A DNA stretch of 46,711 nucleotides from the NCBI GenBank assembly GCA_964525625.1, contig CAZGKY010000002.1, positions 1-46,711 of the forward strand, in the 5' to 3' direction. The notes under the pieces were generated by a model. That model saw only the letters and a list, made by a program, of their open reading frames with translations, searched no databases and was not told the origin of the DNA. The DNA is from an uncultured Atribacterota bacterium. GTDB taxonomy: Bacteria; Atribacterota; Phoenicimicrobiia; Phoenicimicrobiales; Stramentimicrobiaceae. A program made the position numbers and the translations under genes. Numbering within the stretch: position 1 is the stretch's first letter; the number at the start of each line of letters is the position of its first letter. Positions 31,736 through 41,361 of the stretch are shown piece by piece.

Positions 31736-31958
31736 TAGGAGAAGTAAAAAAAGATAGTATGCCGAGATTGTGCAAAATATTAGATTTACCAATAATTATC
31801 CTTCTAAATGTTTAAATTGTGTAATATAATAAAATGAGAATTAACAGCTATAGAGAAAAGAAAGATAATAACTGATGAAAATTAGAATCTAACTATTTAG
31901 TATTTTTACTTATTCTCAGCACTATTATTACTATTGACAATTTGTAGTTATTTATATT

Positions 31959-32546
31959 ATGATAAACAAGTTAAATAAAGAAATAATAAGGAAACAGCTT
32001 CTTATTGAGCGAAGAAGACTATTGCCAGAAATTATTCAAGAAAATAGCAGAAAAATTGCACATTCTTTTCTCAAATTAGATATTTATCAACAATCAACTA
32101 ATATTATGCTCTATATTGCTACTAAATATGAAGTTCAAACAGAGGATATTATAAAATCTGCTCAAAAAGATAAGAAAAGGATTTTTATACCTCTAATTAT
32201 TCAGAAAGAAAATAAATTACTTCCCTCTTTAGTGTGTGATTTTGGCCAGGAATTGACTATTGGTGCTCTGGGCATAATGCAACCTAAAAGAGAATTCTAC
32301 AGAATATACCCACCAAGTGTTTTAGATTTGGTTGTTGTACCAGGGGTAGCTTTTACTATTCAGGGATATCGTTTAGGACGAGGTGGCGGTTATTATGATC
32401 AATTCTTAACCCAGTTAGATACCAGCTCATTATCTGTTGCATTAGCCTTTGAAATGCAGATATTAGAAAAAATACCTTGCACAGAAAAGGATATCCCGGT
32501 GGATTATATTATTACCGAAAAGAGAGTTATTAAAATAAAAAAATAG
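31959..32546 (+). CDS. 5-formyltetrahydrofolate cyclo-ligase
   Basis: 195 aa with N-terminal K..IR..LL..R pattern and GYRLGRGGGYYD signature. Confidence 0.88.
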   Translation: MINKLNKEIIRKQLLIERRRLLPEIIQENSRKIAHSFLKLDIYQQSTNIMLYIATKYEVQTEDIIKSAQKDKKRIFIPLIIQKENKLLPSLVCDFGQELTIGALGIMQPKREFYRIYPPSVLDLVVVPGVAFTIQGYRLGRGGGYYDQFLTQLDTSSLSVALAFEMQILEKIPCTEKDIPVDYIITEKRVIKIKK

Positions 32547-32742
32547 TTTGTTCCCATATATTCTATAGTGTAGTACTAATAAAAATATGTTCTTATTTTA
32601 GATTAGCGATAGTAATTCAAAATTATTTTTATAAGATGGTGCTTCCACATTGAAGATAAACGAGAAAGATTAAGTGTTTATAGTCATTTAATCAAATATA
32701 TGATAATATTGACACAGTAATTAAGGAGGAAAGGACAAGCTC

Positions 32743-34737
32743 ATGGAAAAAGACAAGGAAAGGGTAGAGGAAAAAAAAGAAAATCAAAGACAGGACCAGA
32801 TGGATACAATGATGAGTGATTCTTTAGAGGGATTCCGGCAGATCAGGAATGGAGAAATAATACGAGGGAGAGTGGTTAAAGTTGATGATGATGGTTACCT
32901 CGTTGATATAAAGTATAAGATGGAAGGCTTTCTTCCGGTCACAGAGGATTCGCTACTCAGTAACGGACAGGACAAAGTAAATCATACTTTAGAAGTAGAT
33001 GATGAGATAGATGTTTATGTAGTCCAGGTAGATGAAAAAAATGGACAAATTTATCTCTCTCGGGAAAGGGCACGTTATATAATGATCTGGGATCAACTTC
33101 TTAATGCCTATCGGAATAAAAAACCGATACAGGGTGAGGTTATTGAAAAAAATTCTAATGGCTTAATTGTTGATTTAGGAATTAAGGCTTTTGTCCCCCT
33201 TTCTCAGGTGGAACAGAAATTTATTACTGAAAAGGATTTAGAAAAATATGTAGGTAAAAAATTATCTTTCTTTATTCTAAAATTAGATAAAAACAAGAAT
33301 AATGTAGTATTGTCCCATCGCCTTGCTTTGGAAAAGGAAAGAGAATCCCTAAGACAGAAGACTCTGGCTAATTTGAAGGTGGGACAGATAATAAAGGGTA
33401 CAGTAGTCAATATAACTGATTTTGGTGCCTTTGTAGATATTGGTGGTATTGAAGGATTATTGCATATCTCTGAAATTACCTGGAAAGAGCTCAAAGATCC
33501 CTTAAAACTTATCCAGAAAGGTGATGAAGTAAGAGTAAAGGTGATAGATTTTGACCCAGAACAGAAAAAAATATCTCTTAGTATGAAAAAACTGAATCCC
33601 AATCCCTGGGAGATAGTTGATGAAAAATATAATGTAGGCGATGAGATCGAGGGCAAGGTAATCAGTATTAAGGATTTTGGTGCCTTCATCGAATTAGAAG
33701 AAGGATTAAATGGTTTACTCCATATTTCTGATATGTCCTGGGCTTATACCAGAACACCAAAAGAAGTTTTATCTGAAAATGAAGTAATCAAGGTAAGAAT
33801 TTTAGACATTGATAAAGAAAAGAAAAAAATATCTTTAGGCTTAAAACAACTTATGGAAGATCCCTGGACCAGTATTGAAGAAAAGTATGTTGTAGGTAGT
33901 ATTGTAGAAGGGAAGATAACTCAGGTCACCTCTTACGGGGCAAATGTAGAATTAGAACCAGGGGTTTCTGGTATTATCCATCTTTCGGAAATTGATTGGA
34001 AATATATTGAAAACCCTTCCAGTGTTTTAAAGAAGTATGCTCTATTACCTTTAAAAGTGCTGAAAATTGATAAAAAAGATCGTTTAGTATTCTTAAGTAG
34101 AAAACAGACTTTACCTAATCCCTGGCAAAACATTGAGGGGAAATATAAAGTCAACAGTACTGTAAATGGTGTGGTGAGAAGATTGAAAAGTTTTGGGGTC
34201 TTTATCTCTCTTGATGAAGAAATTGAAGGGTTTTTACCGTTTTCTGAAATTACCTGGGAAGAGATTAAACATCCCAATCAGGTACTGAAAAAGGGTGATC
34301 AAATAGAATTAAAGATAATAGAAATAGATAAAGAAAAAGGACAGATAACCTTAAGTCGCAAGCGGCTTTTACCTAATCCCTGGACGGAAATTAGAAAAAA
34401 ATATGAAGTGGGCACTATTGTGGAGGGTAAAGTAGTTAATATTACTGATTTTGGTGCCTTTGTCAATCTGGAAGAAAATATTGATGGTTTGGTACCACTT
34501 TCTGAAATATCAAATCAGAAGATTGATAAGGCTGATAGTGTTCTGTCCATTGGTGATACTGTACAAACTCTGGTCACTAAGATTGATGATAAAAGAAAAA
34601 AGATTAGTCTTAGTATTAGAAGAGCAGAAAAGGAAGTTCAAAAAAGATTGATTAAGGATTACAATAAAAAAGAGGGTAGTCAAAGAATCTTGCTTAAAGA
34701 TGTTTTTGGTGATATATTAAACTTTAAAAAGAAATAA
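32743..34737 (+). CDS. rpsA: 30S ribosomal protein S1 (seven S1 domains)
   Basis: 664 aa with seven recognisable S1/OB repeats (for example GTVVNITDFGAFVDIGGIEGLLHISE), plus an acidic/basic N-terminal extension of about 30 aa. Confidence 0.9.
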   Translation: MEKDKERVEEKKENQRQDQMDTMMSDSLEGFRQIRNGEIIRGRVVKVDDDGYLVDIKYKMEGFLPVTEDSLLSNGQDKVNHTLEVDDEIDVYVVQVDEKNGQIYLSRERARYIMIWDQLLNAYRNKKPIQGEVIEKNSNGLIVDLGIKAFVPLSQVEQKFITEKDLEKYVGKKLSFFILKLDKNKNNVVLSHRLALEKERESLRQKTLANLKVGQIIKGTVVNITDFGAFVDIGGIEGLLHISEITWKELKDPLKLIQKGDEVRVKVIDFDPEQKKISLSMKKLNPNPWEIVDEKYNVGDEIEGKVISIKDFGAFIELEEGLNGLLHISDMSWAYTRTPKEVLSENEVIKVRILDIDKEKKKISLGLKQLMEDPWTSIEEKYVVGSIVEGKITQVTSYGANVELEPGVSGIIHLSEIDWKYIENPSSVLKKYALLPLKVLKIDKKDRLVFLSRKQTLPNPWQNIEGKYKVNSTVNGVVRRLKSFGVFISLDEEIEGFLPFSEITWEEIKHPNQVLKKGDQIELKIIEIDKEKGQITLSRKRLLPNPWTEIRKKYEVGTIVEGKVVNITDFGAFVNLEENIDGLVPLSEISNQKIDKADSVLSIGDTVQTLVTKIDDKRKKISLSIRRAEKEVQKRLIKDYNKKEGSQRILLKDVFGDILNFKKK

Positions 34738-34761
34738 TTAATAATTAAGAGGTAATAAAGA

Positions 34762-36477
34762 TTGGAAACAGGAGATAGGAAGAAAAACTACCTGTCTAAT
34801 TTAAGATTAGGTGAAATTCTTATCAATCAGGGTGTGATAAACTCTGAGCAATTAAAGAAAGCTCTGGAAGCTCAAAAGATAGATAGCAAAAAGAAGATTG
34901 GCGAGATATTAGTGAGTCAAGGGGTGATTTCTCAGAAGCAGCTAAACCAGGCTTTACAGCATATTTATGAGACTGAATTTGTAGAACTGGAAGACGTTAT
35001 TTTAGATCCGGAAATCGTTTCTCTTATTCCCAAAAGAATTGCCCTTCGTTATAAATTGATTCCTCTTAATAAGGAAAATAATTCTCTAACCGTAGCAATG
35101 GCTAATCCGCTGGATGTCAATGCCATTGACTATATTAAAGAATATACCAAAATGGATATTCAACCAAAATTTGCCAATGAAAATGAAATCATTAATGCTC
35201 TAAGTAATTATTATGAAGCCGGGTATCAGTTTGATGACCTGCTGGAAAGGGTCGATGTTGCTGCAGTTAGCGAATTCACTGATGAAGTTAATCTCTCTAC
35301 TCTGGAAGCTATCAGTCAGGAAGCTCCTATTATTCAATTAGTCAATATGATTATTGTGGAAGCCATAAAGGAACGAGCTAGTGATATCCATTTAGAACCC
35401 AATAAAAGGGGTCTATTGGTGCGTTATCGTATTGATGGTATTCTTCATGATATTCGTATGTTACCAATCAGAGTGAAACCGGCAGTAATCTCTCGAGTGA
35501 AAATTTTATCTAATATGGATATTGCCGAACGGAGATTGCCTCAGGATGGTCGTTTTCAGCTTCGCTTTGGTGCTCGGGAAGTAGACTTACGAGTATCTTC
35601 TATCCCCACTGTTTATGATGAAAAGATTGTCATGCGTCTTTTAGACAAGAGTCAAGGAGTCATAGCCCTGGATAATATTGGCTTTACCGAGGCCCAATTA
35701 CAAGAATTCCGTCAGATGATTAGTCGTCCCTATGGTATTATTCTTATTACTGGACCTACCGGTAGCGGAAAGAGTACCACTTTATATGCTGCTTTAAATG
35801 AAGTTGATTCTATGGAAAAAAATGTTATTACCGTAGAAGACCCGGTAGAATACAAATTGGAAAGAATTAATCAGATTAATGTTCGACCTAAAATCAATCT
35901 AACCTTTGCCAATGCCCTTCGCTCTATTTTACGACAGGATCCCGATATTATTATGATTGGTGAAATGAGAGATTCAGAAACTGCCCATATTGCTGTACAG
36001 TCCGCTTTAACCGGACATCTGGTATTCAGTACTTTGCATACCAATGATGCGGTAAGCTCTCTGACCCGTTTAATTGATATGGGAGTAGAACCCTTTCTGA
36101 TCTCTTCCTCAGTAATTGAGGTTATGGCTCAAAGGCTGGTGCGCAAGATTTGCCCTCGCTGTATTGAAGAATTTACCCCGGAGGAAGCTGTTTTTAGAAA
36201 TTTAAAGCTAAATATACCGCTTCCCGAGAATATGAAACTTTATCGGGGTAAAGGTTGTGATTACTGTAAAAATACTGGTTATTATGGCAGAATAGCAATA
36301 TTTGAAATGATAAGCATAAATGATGAGTTGCGTTCTATGATTTTGAAAAGGACCTCCAGTAATGAGATAAAAGAAGTTGCCATACGCTATGGAATGAAAA
36401 CCCTCCTTGATATTGGAATTACCAAGGCTTTAGAAGGTATTACCACTATTGATGAAGTATTCCGGGTAGCAGTATAA
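34762..36477 (+). CDS. pilB: GspE/PilB-family pilus assembly ATPase with MshEN-type N-terminal domain
   Basis: 571 aa. TTG start after AAGAGGT. Tandem RLGxxLIxxGVIxxxxLxxxLxxQ motifs at aa 15-67. Walker A GPTGSGKST. Tetracysteine CPRC...CDYC. Confidence 0.88.
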   Translation: METGDRKKNYLSNLRLGEILINQGVINSEQLKKALEAQKIDSKKKIGEILVSQGVISQKQLNQALQHIYETEFVELEDVILDPEIVSLIPKRIALRYKLIPLNKENNSLTVAMANPLDVNAIDYIKEYTKMDIQPKFANENEIINALSNYYEAGYQFDDLLERVDVAAVSEFTDEVNLSTLEAISQEAPIIQLVNMIIVEAIKERASDIHLEPNKRGLLVRYRIDGILHDIRMLPIRVKPAVISRVKILSNMDIAERRLPQDGRFQLRFGAREVDLRVSSIPTVYDEKIVMRLLDKSQGVIALDNIGFTEAQLQEFRQMISRPYGIILITGPTGSGKSTTLYAALNEVDSMEKNVITVEDPVEYKLERINQINVRPKINLTFANALRSILRQDPDIIMIGEMRDSETAHIAVQSALTGHLVFSTLHTNDAVSSLTRLIDMGVEPFLISSSVIEVMAQRLVRKICPRCIEEFTPEEAVFRNLKLNIPLPENMKLYRGKGCDYCKNTGYYGRIAIFEMISINDELRSMILKRTSSNEIKEVAIRYGMKTLLDIGITKALEGITTIDEVFRVAV

Positions 36478-36719
36478 AATTTATTAATTTTTGTACACAT
36501 TTTTTAGTTTATTTAACCAGGAAACCCCACTTCCTAATAGCTGGTAATGGTTAAGTAAATATGAGGTTGTTTAAGTAACCTGCCACCTGCCTGGCGGTTG
36601 CCATGTTTTCTAAATCACATATGTATGAACTAACATAATTAGGATTAAGATAAGAATTTTATAATGGGCTGTTAAGGTAATAGATAATAATTTTGTTAAT
36701 TTAAAATATGGAGTAATCT

Positions 36720-39371
36720 ATGAACAAGATGAGTAGTCACCAAATTAGAGAAGCATTTTTACAATTCTTTCAATCAAAAGGGCACAAGATTATACCCAGT
36801 GCCTCCCTTATTCCTGATGATCCATCCATTTTATTTACTATTGCTGGTATGGTTCCTTTTAAACCGATTTTTTTGGGTCAGGTACAATCTTCTTTGAAGA
36901 GGGCGACTACCTCTCAAAAGTGTCTTCGTACCAATGATATCGAAAATGTAGGAAAGACGGCCAGGCATCACACTTTTTTTGAAATGCTCGGTAATTTTTC
37001 CTTTGGAGACTATTTTAAGAAGGAAGCTATTAGCTGGGGCTGGGAATTTTTTACTGAAGTTATCGGGTTTCCAGGAGATAGTTTATATGTTTCAGTTTAT
37101 AAAGATGATGATGAAGCATTTGATATCTGGCATACTGTAATTGGATTACCGGGAGATCGTATCGTAAGATTAGGTGAAGAAGATAATTTCTGGAAAGTTG
37201 GCCCGGTAGGTCCTTGTGGTCCCTGTTCTGAGATTTATATCGATTTAGGTCCACAAAGAGCTTCCCAGAATGGTGGAGGAGTGGGAGAAAATGAACGCTA
37301 TTTGGAATTGTGGAATCTGGTATTTATGCAATACAACCGTAATCAGGATGGTTCCTTGACTCCTTTACCTGCTAAGAATATTGATACCGGTTTGGGCTTG
37401 GAAAGGATTGCTTCGGTATTACAGAATGTCTCTTCAGATTTTGAAACAGATTTGTTCTTTCCAATTATTCAGTATACTGCACAAAAAGCCGGAGTTCCTT
37501 ATGGAGAGAATCAGAGAAGTGACATTGCTTTAAAGGTAATTGCAGACCATATTCGGGCTCTGGTTTTTATGATTTCAGATGGTATTTTACCCTCTAATGA
37601 AGGACGGGGCTATGTATTAAGAATGCTGTTAAGGAGAGCCTACCGCTTTGGTAAACTACTAAATTTAAATGAACCTTTTCTGTATGATGTTGCCCCTCAA
37701 GTAATCCAGATTATGCAACAGGCCTATCCTGAATTAAAAGAGAGAGCAAAAACAGTCTGTGAAGTTATTTTAACTGAAGAGAAACGGTTTCAGGAAACTC
37801 TCCATCTTGGTCTCAATATTTTAGCAGAATATATTCAAAAGTTAAAAAGTAGTAATCAAAAGGTATTAAATGGAAAAGATGCCTTTACCCTTTATGATAC
37901 CTATGGTTTCCCCTTAGAGATTACTAAAGATATACTTTCTGAATCAGGACTATTAGTAGATGAGCAGGAATACGAAAAATATATGCTCCAACAGAAAGAG
38001 CGCTCCCGTCAATCATGGGGAATAGAAAAACCGGACCGTAAACTTTGGGCAAAACAAGAAGAGGTTTATCAGAATATATGGTCAGAAAGTGGTGCCACTA
38101 AATTTTGCGGTTATGCCCAAATTGCCACCCATACCAGAGTCATTGCTCTCTTACGTGATTTCACACCAGTAGAGCAGCTTAACGCTGGGGAACAGGGGAT
38201 TATAATATTGGATGAAACACCATTTTATGCTGAAAAAGGAGGGCAAAAAGGGGATACCGGGACTATTACCAGTAGTGATAATACTGGTTCTCAAGCTCAT
38301 GTGTATGATACTCAAATGCCCTGGGAAGGATTAATAGCCCATTATGTCCAGGTAAAAAAAGGTTACTTCCAGAAAGGTCAGATAGTTAAGGCTCAGATTG
38401 ATAATGAGGAAAGAATTGCCATTGCCGCCAATCACACTGCTACCCATTTACTGCATTATGCCTTACGTGAAGTATTGGGCAGTCATGTCAGACAAGCTGG
38501 CTCTTCAGTTACCTCTGAACACCTGAGATTTGATTATACTCACTATGCCCCGCTAAAAAGGGAAGAATTAGAACATATTGAAAGATTAGTCAATCAGAAA
38601 ATATGTGAAAATCATCGTGTTACTTCGGAAGTAATCGATTTTATTACTGCTCGACAAAAAGGTGCACTGGCTTTATTCGGTGAAAAATACGGAGATAAGG
38701 TTCGTATGATTGATATCGGAGGTTTTAGTAGAGAACTGTGTGGAGGTACTCACCTTGAGCAGACCTCTCAAATAGGTATATTTAAAATTGTGTCGGAACA
38801 GGGTATCGGTAGTGGAATACGAAGAATTGAAGCAGTTACCAGGGAAAAAGCCTGGGATAGTATTAGAAAAGAAGAAGTTCTCCTGGAAGAATTGTACTAT
38901 ATTCTGGATGTGACTCAGGACAGAATACTTACTAAAGTACAACAGCTATTAAAAGAAAATGAAACCTTAAAACGTGACTATCGTTTACTCTGGAAAAGCA
39001 CTCTACCTTACCGTCTGGAAAAGATTATTCAGGAGAAACAAGTAGTAAATGGAATTACAGTACTTATGGCCATGCTCGATAATACTGAGAAGGACGAATT
39101 GAGGACTGCAGGTGATTTAATCAAGGAAAGAATAAAATCAGGAATCATATTTTTAGCAACTAAATTAAAAGATGATAAGATTAGTTTAATTGTTATGGTC
39201 ACCGATGATTTAATAAAGAGAGGATATGATGCCAGTAAGCTTATCGCACCATTAGCCAGGGCTATTAACGGAAAGGGTGGCGGTAAAAGACATTTTGCAC
39301 AAGCTGGTGGAACAGGCCAGGAAAAATTAAAGAATGCCTTCAAAAATATAGAGCAATACCTTCAACTGTAA
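36720..39371 (+). CDS. alaS: Alanyl-tRNA synthetase
   Basis: 883 aa. Class II core (FTIAGMVPFKP, FFEMLGNFSFGDYFK), editing domain HTATHLLH...CGGTH, C-terminal DHHA1-like GGGKRHFAQAGG. Confidence 0.97.
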   Translation: MNKMSSHQIREAFLQFFQSKGHKIIPSASLIPDDPSILFTIAGMVPFKPIFLGQVQSSLKRATTSQKCLRTNDIENVGKTARHHTFFEMLGNFSFGDYFKKEAISWGWEFFTEVIGFPGDSLYVSVYKDDDEAFDIWHTVIGLPGDRIVRLGEEDNFWKVGPVGPCGPCSEIYIDLGPQRASQNGGGVGENERYLELWNLVFMQYNRNQDGSLTPLPAKNIDTGLGLERIASVLQNVSSDFETDLFFPIIQYTAQKAGVPYGENQRSDIALKVIADHIRALVFMISDGILPSNEGRGYVLRMLLRRAYRFGKLLNLNEPFLYDVAPQVIQIMQQAYPELKERAKTVCEVILTEEKRFQETLHLGLNILAEYIQKLKSSNQKVLNGKDAFTLYDTYGFPLEITKDILSESGLLVDEQEYEKYMLQQKERSRQSWGIEKPDRKLWAKQEEVYQNIWSESGATKFCGYAQIATHTRVIALLRDFTPVEQLNAGEQGIIILDETPFYAEKGGQKGDTGTITSSDNTGSQAHVYDTQMPWEGLIAHYVQVKKGYFQKGQIVKAQIDNEERIAIAANHTATHLLHYALREVLGSHVRQAGSSVTSEHLRFDYTHYAPLKREELEHIERLVNQKICENHRVTSEVIDFITARQKGALALFGEKYGDKVRMIDIGGFSRELCGGTHLEQTSQIGIFKIVSEQGIGSGIRRIEAVTREKAWDSIRKEEVLLEELYYILDVTQDRILTKVQQLLKENETLKRDYRLLWKSTLPYRLEKIIQEKQVVNGITVLMAMLDNTEKDELRTAGDLIKERIKSGIIFLATKLKDDKISLIVMVTDDLIKRGYDASKLIAPLARAINGKGGGKRHFAQAGGTGQEKLKNAFKNIEQYLQL

Positions 39372-39517
39372 AGAGCAATACTTCACTAATATTTTTATTT
39401 CTATTATCTATACAACATTTATTTTTAATTTTCTAGAATTATCGTTATAATGATAAGTAATTAATTATCCCGGTTATTAGAAAAAATCAGAAATTAACCA
39501 AAAAGGAGAATTTTTAT

Positions 39518-39946
39518 TTGAGAATATTGGCTATAGATTTGGGAGAGAAAAGAATTGGACTGGCTTTAAGTGATTGTTTAGGTATTACTGCTCAGGGATT
39601 AACGACCATTGTGGTGCAGAATGGCTCTAATATTAATCAAAAAATTATGGATATAATTAGGGAAAAAAAGGTGGATAAACTTGTTTTTGGTTTACCAAGA
39701 AATATGAATGGAACCCTGGGACCACAGGCTAAGAAAGTGCAAGATTTTGCCCAGAAACTAAGACGAATGAGTAATTTACCAATTGATTTTGAAGACGAAA
39801 GACTGAGCACAGTGAGGGCGGAACAAGTGCTACTGGAAGCAGATACCAGCAGGGCTAAGCGAAAAAAGGTGATTGATTGTCTTTCGGCTGTGATTATATT
39901 GCAATCCTATCTTGATCGCACAGGAAAGGAAAAGCAGAAAAAATGA
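39518..39946 (+). CDS. ruvX: Holliday-junction resolvase-like pre-16S rRNA nuclease YqgF
   Basis: 142 aa with MRILAIDLGEKRIGLALSD and DERLST motifs. Conserved position after alaS. Confidence 0.9.
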   Translation: MRILAIDLGEKRIGLALSDCLGITAQGLTTIVVQNGSNINQKIMDIIREKKVDKLVFGLPRNMNGTLGPQAKKVQDFAQKLRRMSNLPIDFEDERLSTVRAEQVLLEADTSRAKRKKVIDCLSAVIILQSYLDRTGKEKQKK

Positions 39947-40911
39947 AAACACTGATTAATAGTTTTATTAATCTTCTCATTTTATTATTCTCAATAGCTA
40001 TTTTACTATTTTTATTCTCTGCTACCTGGATTTTTATACCCCTCACAAGTGATGATCCAGTAGAGAAGATGATAGAAATACCCTATGGCTACAATAGTAC
40101 CCATATCAGAAAGCTATTAGAGGAGGAAGGGATAATTAGACCCCATAATTATCTTTTTCCAATAGTAACGAGGTTAACTAAGATTGATAGTCGATTACAA
40201 TCGGGAGAGTATAAATTTAGCTCTTCCCAAAATCTTCTGCAGATAATTGAACAACTGGTTCAGGGAAAGGTAATGCGTTATCGTATCACTATTCCCGAAG
40301 GGTTTCAAGCCAAACAGATTGCTCGCCTATTAGCTGACCGGAAAATTGTAGATTATGATGAATTTATTAAATTAGTTCAGGAAGATAATCAATATAAGGA
40401 AGGGTATCTCTTTCCGGATACCTATGAATTTCCTAAATATTTTGGAGCAGAAAATGTTCTTAAATTTATGATGAAAAATTTTGAAGACACAGTATTGCCT
40501 CATATCCCACGAGAACAAAGCTTTCCCGCCGGGTTAAGCTGGAACCAGGTTATTATTTTAGCCTCTATTATTGAAAAGGAAGCTCAGGGAAGCGAAGATA
40601 AACCTAAGATTGCTTCAGTTTTTTATAACAGATTATCAGAGGGTATGCTGTTACAATCTTGTGCTACTATCCAATATTTACTAGATAAACCCCAGGAAAG
40701 ATTAACTCAACAGGATTTAGCTATTGAATCACCTTTTAATACTTATCTCAATCCCGGATTACCACCAGAGCCTATTTGCAATCCTGGTCTGGAATCTATC
40801 CTGGCTGCAGTGTATCCGGCTGAAGAAGATTACTTCTATTTTGTCTTAGGTAAAGAAGGTAAACACATTTTTACCAGAACTTATCAGGAACATCTGGATA
40901 ATAAACCATAA
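39943..40911 (+). CDS. mltG: Endolytic murein transglycosylase MltG (YceG-like)
   Basis: N-terminal TM helix. YceG motifs ASIIEKEA, FYNRL, LQSCATIQY, SPFNTY..GLPPEPICNPG. Confidence 0.9.
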   Translation: MKTLINSFINLLILLFSIAILLFLFSATWIFIPLTSDDPVEKMIEIPYGYNSTHIRKLLEEEGIIRPHNYLFPIVTRLTKIDSRLQSGEYKFSSSQNLLQIIEQLVQGKVMRYRITIPEGFQAKQIARLLADRKIVDYDEFIKLVQEDNQYKEGYLFPDTYEFPKYFGAENVLKFMMKNFEDTVLPHIPREQSFPAGLSWNQVIILASIIEKEAQGSEDKPKIASVFYNRLSEGMLLQSCATIQYLLDKPQERLTQQDLAIESPFNTYLNPGLPPEPICNPGLESILAAVYPAEEDYFYFVLGKEGKHIFTRTYQEHLDNKP

Positions 40912-41075
40912 TTTATAATTTACAGTAGGAATATGAGAGAGAAGATTCAATTTTTTGGATGAGGATAAAGATTTTGAGTTAAATTTCCAAAGACTAACCG
41001 CTACCAATATTTTTTTAAATAAGCAGTACCTATAAAATATAATAAAATTACCATGGTCAGTACTTTTCCTATCCT

Positions 41076-41240
41076 GTCCTGGCAATTCACCTTTCCCCGT
41101 TATTGTAAGTGGTTTTTACCTATTCTGTCCTTTCTAGCAGCCTTTGATTTTTCCATCATTACAAAGCACTTTTCTTTTTGTCTCCTTACAAGGCACTTTT
41201 TTCTATTCCGTCCTTGTAAAGCACATTTTTCCTTCTTTTG
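41076..41240 (+). repeat. Degenerate tandem array, about six units of ~28 nt
   Basis: Units end in GTC/ATC and share the core TT[AG][CT]AA[AG]G[CT][AG]C then TTTT, then a pyrimidine run. The best three are attacaaagcacttttctttttgtctc, cttacaaggcacttttttctattccgtc and cttgtaaagcacatttttccttcttttgtc. The array runs directly into hairpin copy A. Confidence 0.65.
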
Positions 41241-41290
41241 TCATTGCGAGAAGCGCAGCGACGAAGCAATCTCATCCATTTATACCCGAG
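41240..41290 (+). repeat. Hairpin repeat module, copy A
   Basis: GTCATTGCGAGAAGCGCAGCGACGAAGCAATCTCATCCATTTATACCCGAG. Flanks are conserved; the inner stem is poorly complementary in this copy. Confidence 0.8.
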
Positions 41291-41325
41291 AAAATTAAAA
41301 ACAAAAACTACTACTGTAAATTTAT

Positions 41326-41360
41326 ACTAAATACCAACGACCAACGACTAACGACCAATT
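41326..41360 (+). repeat. Heptanucleotide tandem-repeat tract (ACCAACG type)
   Basis: actaaat accaacg accaacg actaacg accaatt at an exact 7-nt period, immediately 5' of hairpin copy B. Confidence 0.7.
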
Positions 41361-41361
41361 T

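Noticed and set aside
36478-36719. T-box, terminator or other RNA element upstream of alaS (GC-richer patch; hairpin AACCTGCC...GGCGGTT at 36577-36599)
   Set aside because: There is no T-box consensus (GGGTGGNACCGCG) and no antiterminator/terminator pair. The hairpin is short, bulged and not directly followed by a U-run, so it is too weak to call.
41076-41240. Possible CRISPR array, because of ~28-nt periodic repeats
   Set aside because: The units are contiguous with no unique spacers, the repeats are degenerate rather than near-identical, and no cas genes or leader are nearby. It is better described as a degenerate tandem repeat.
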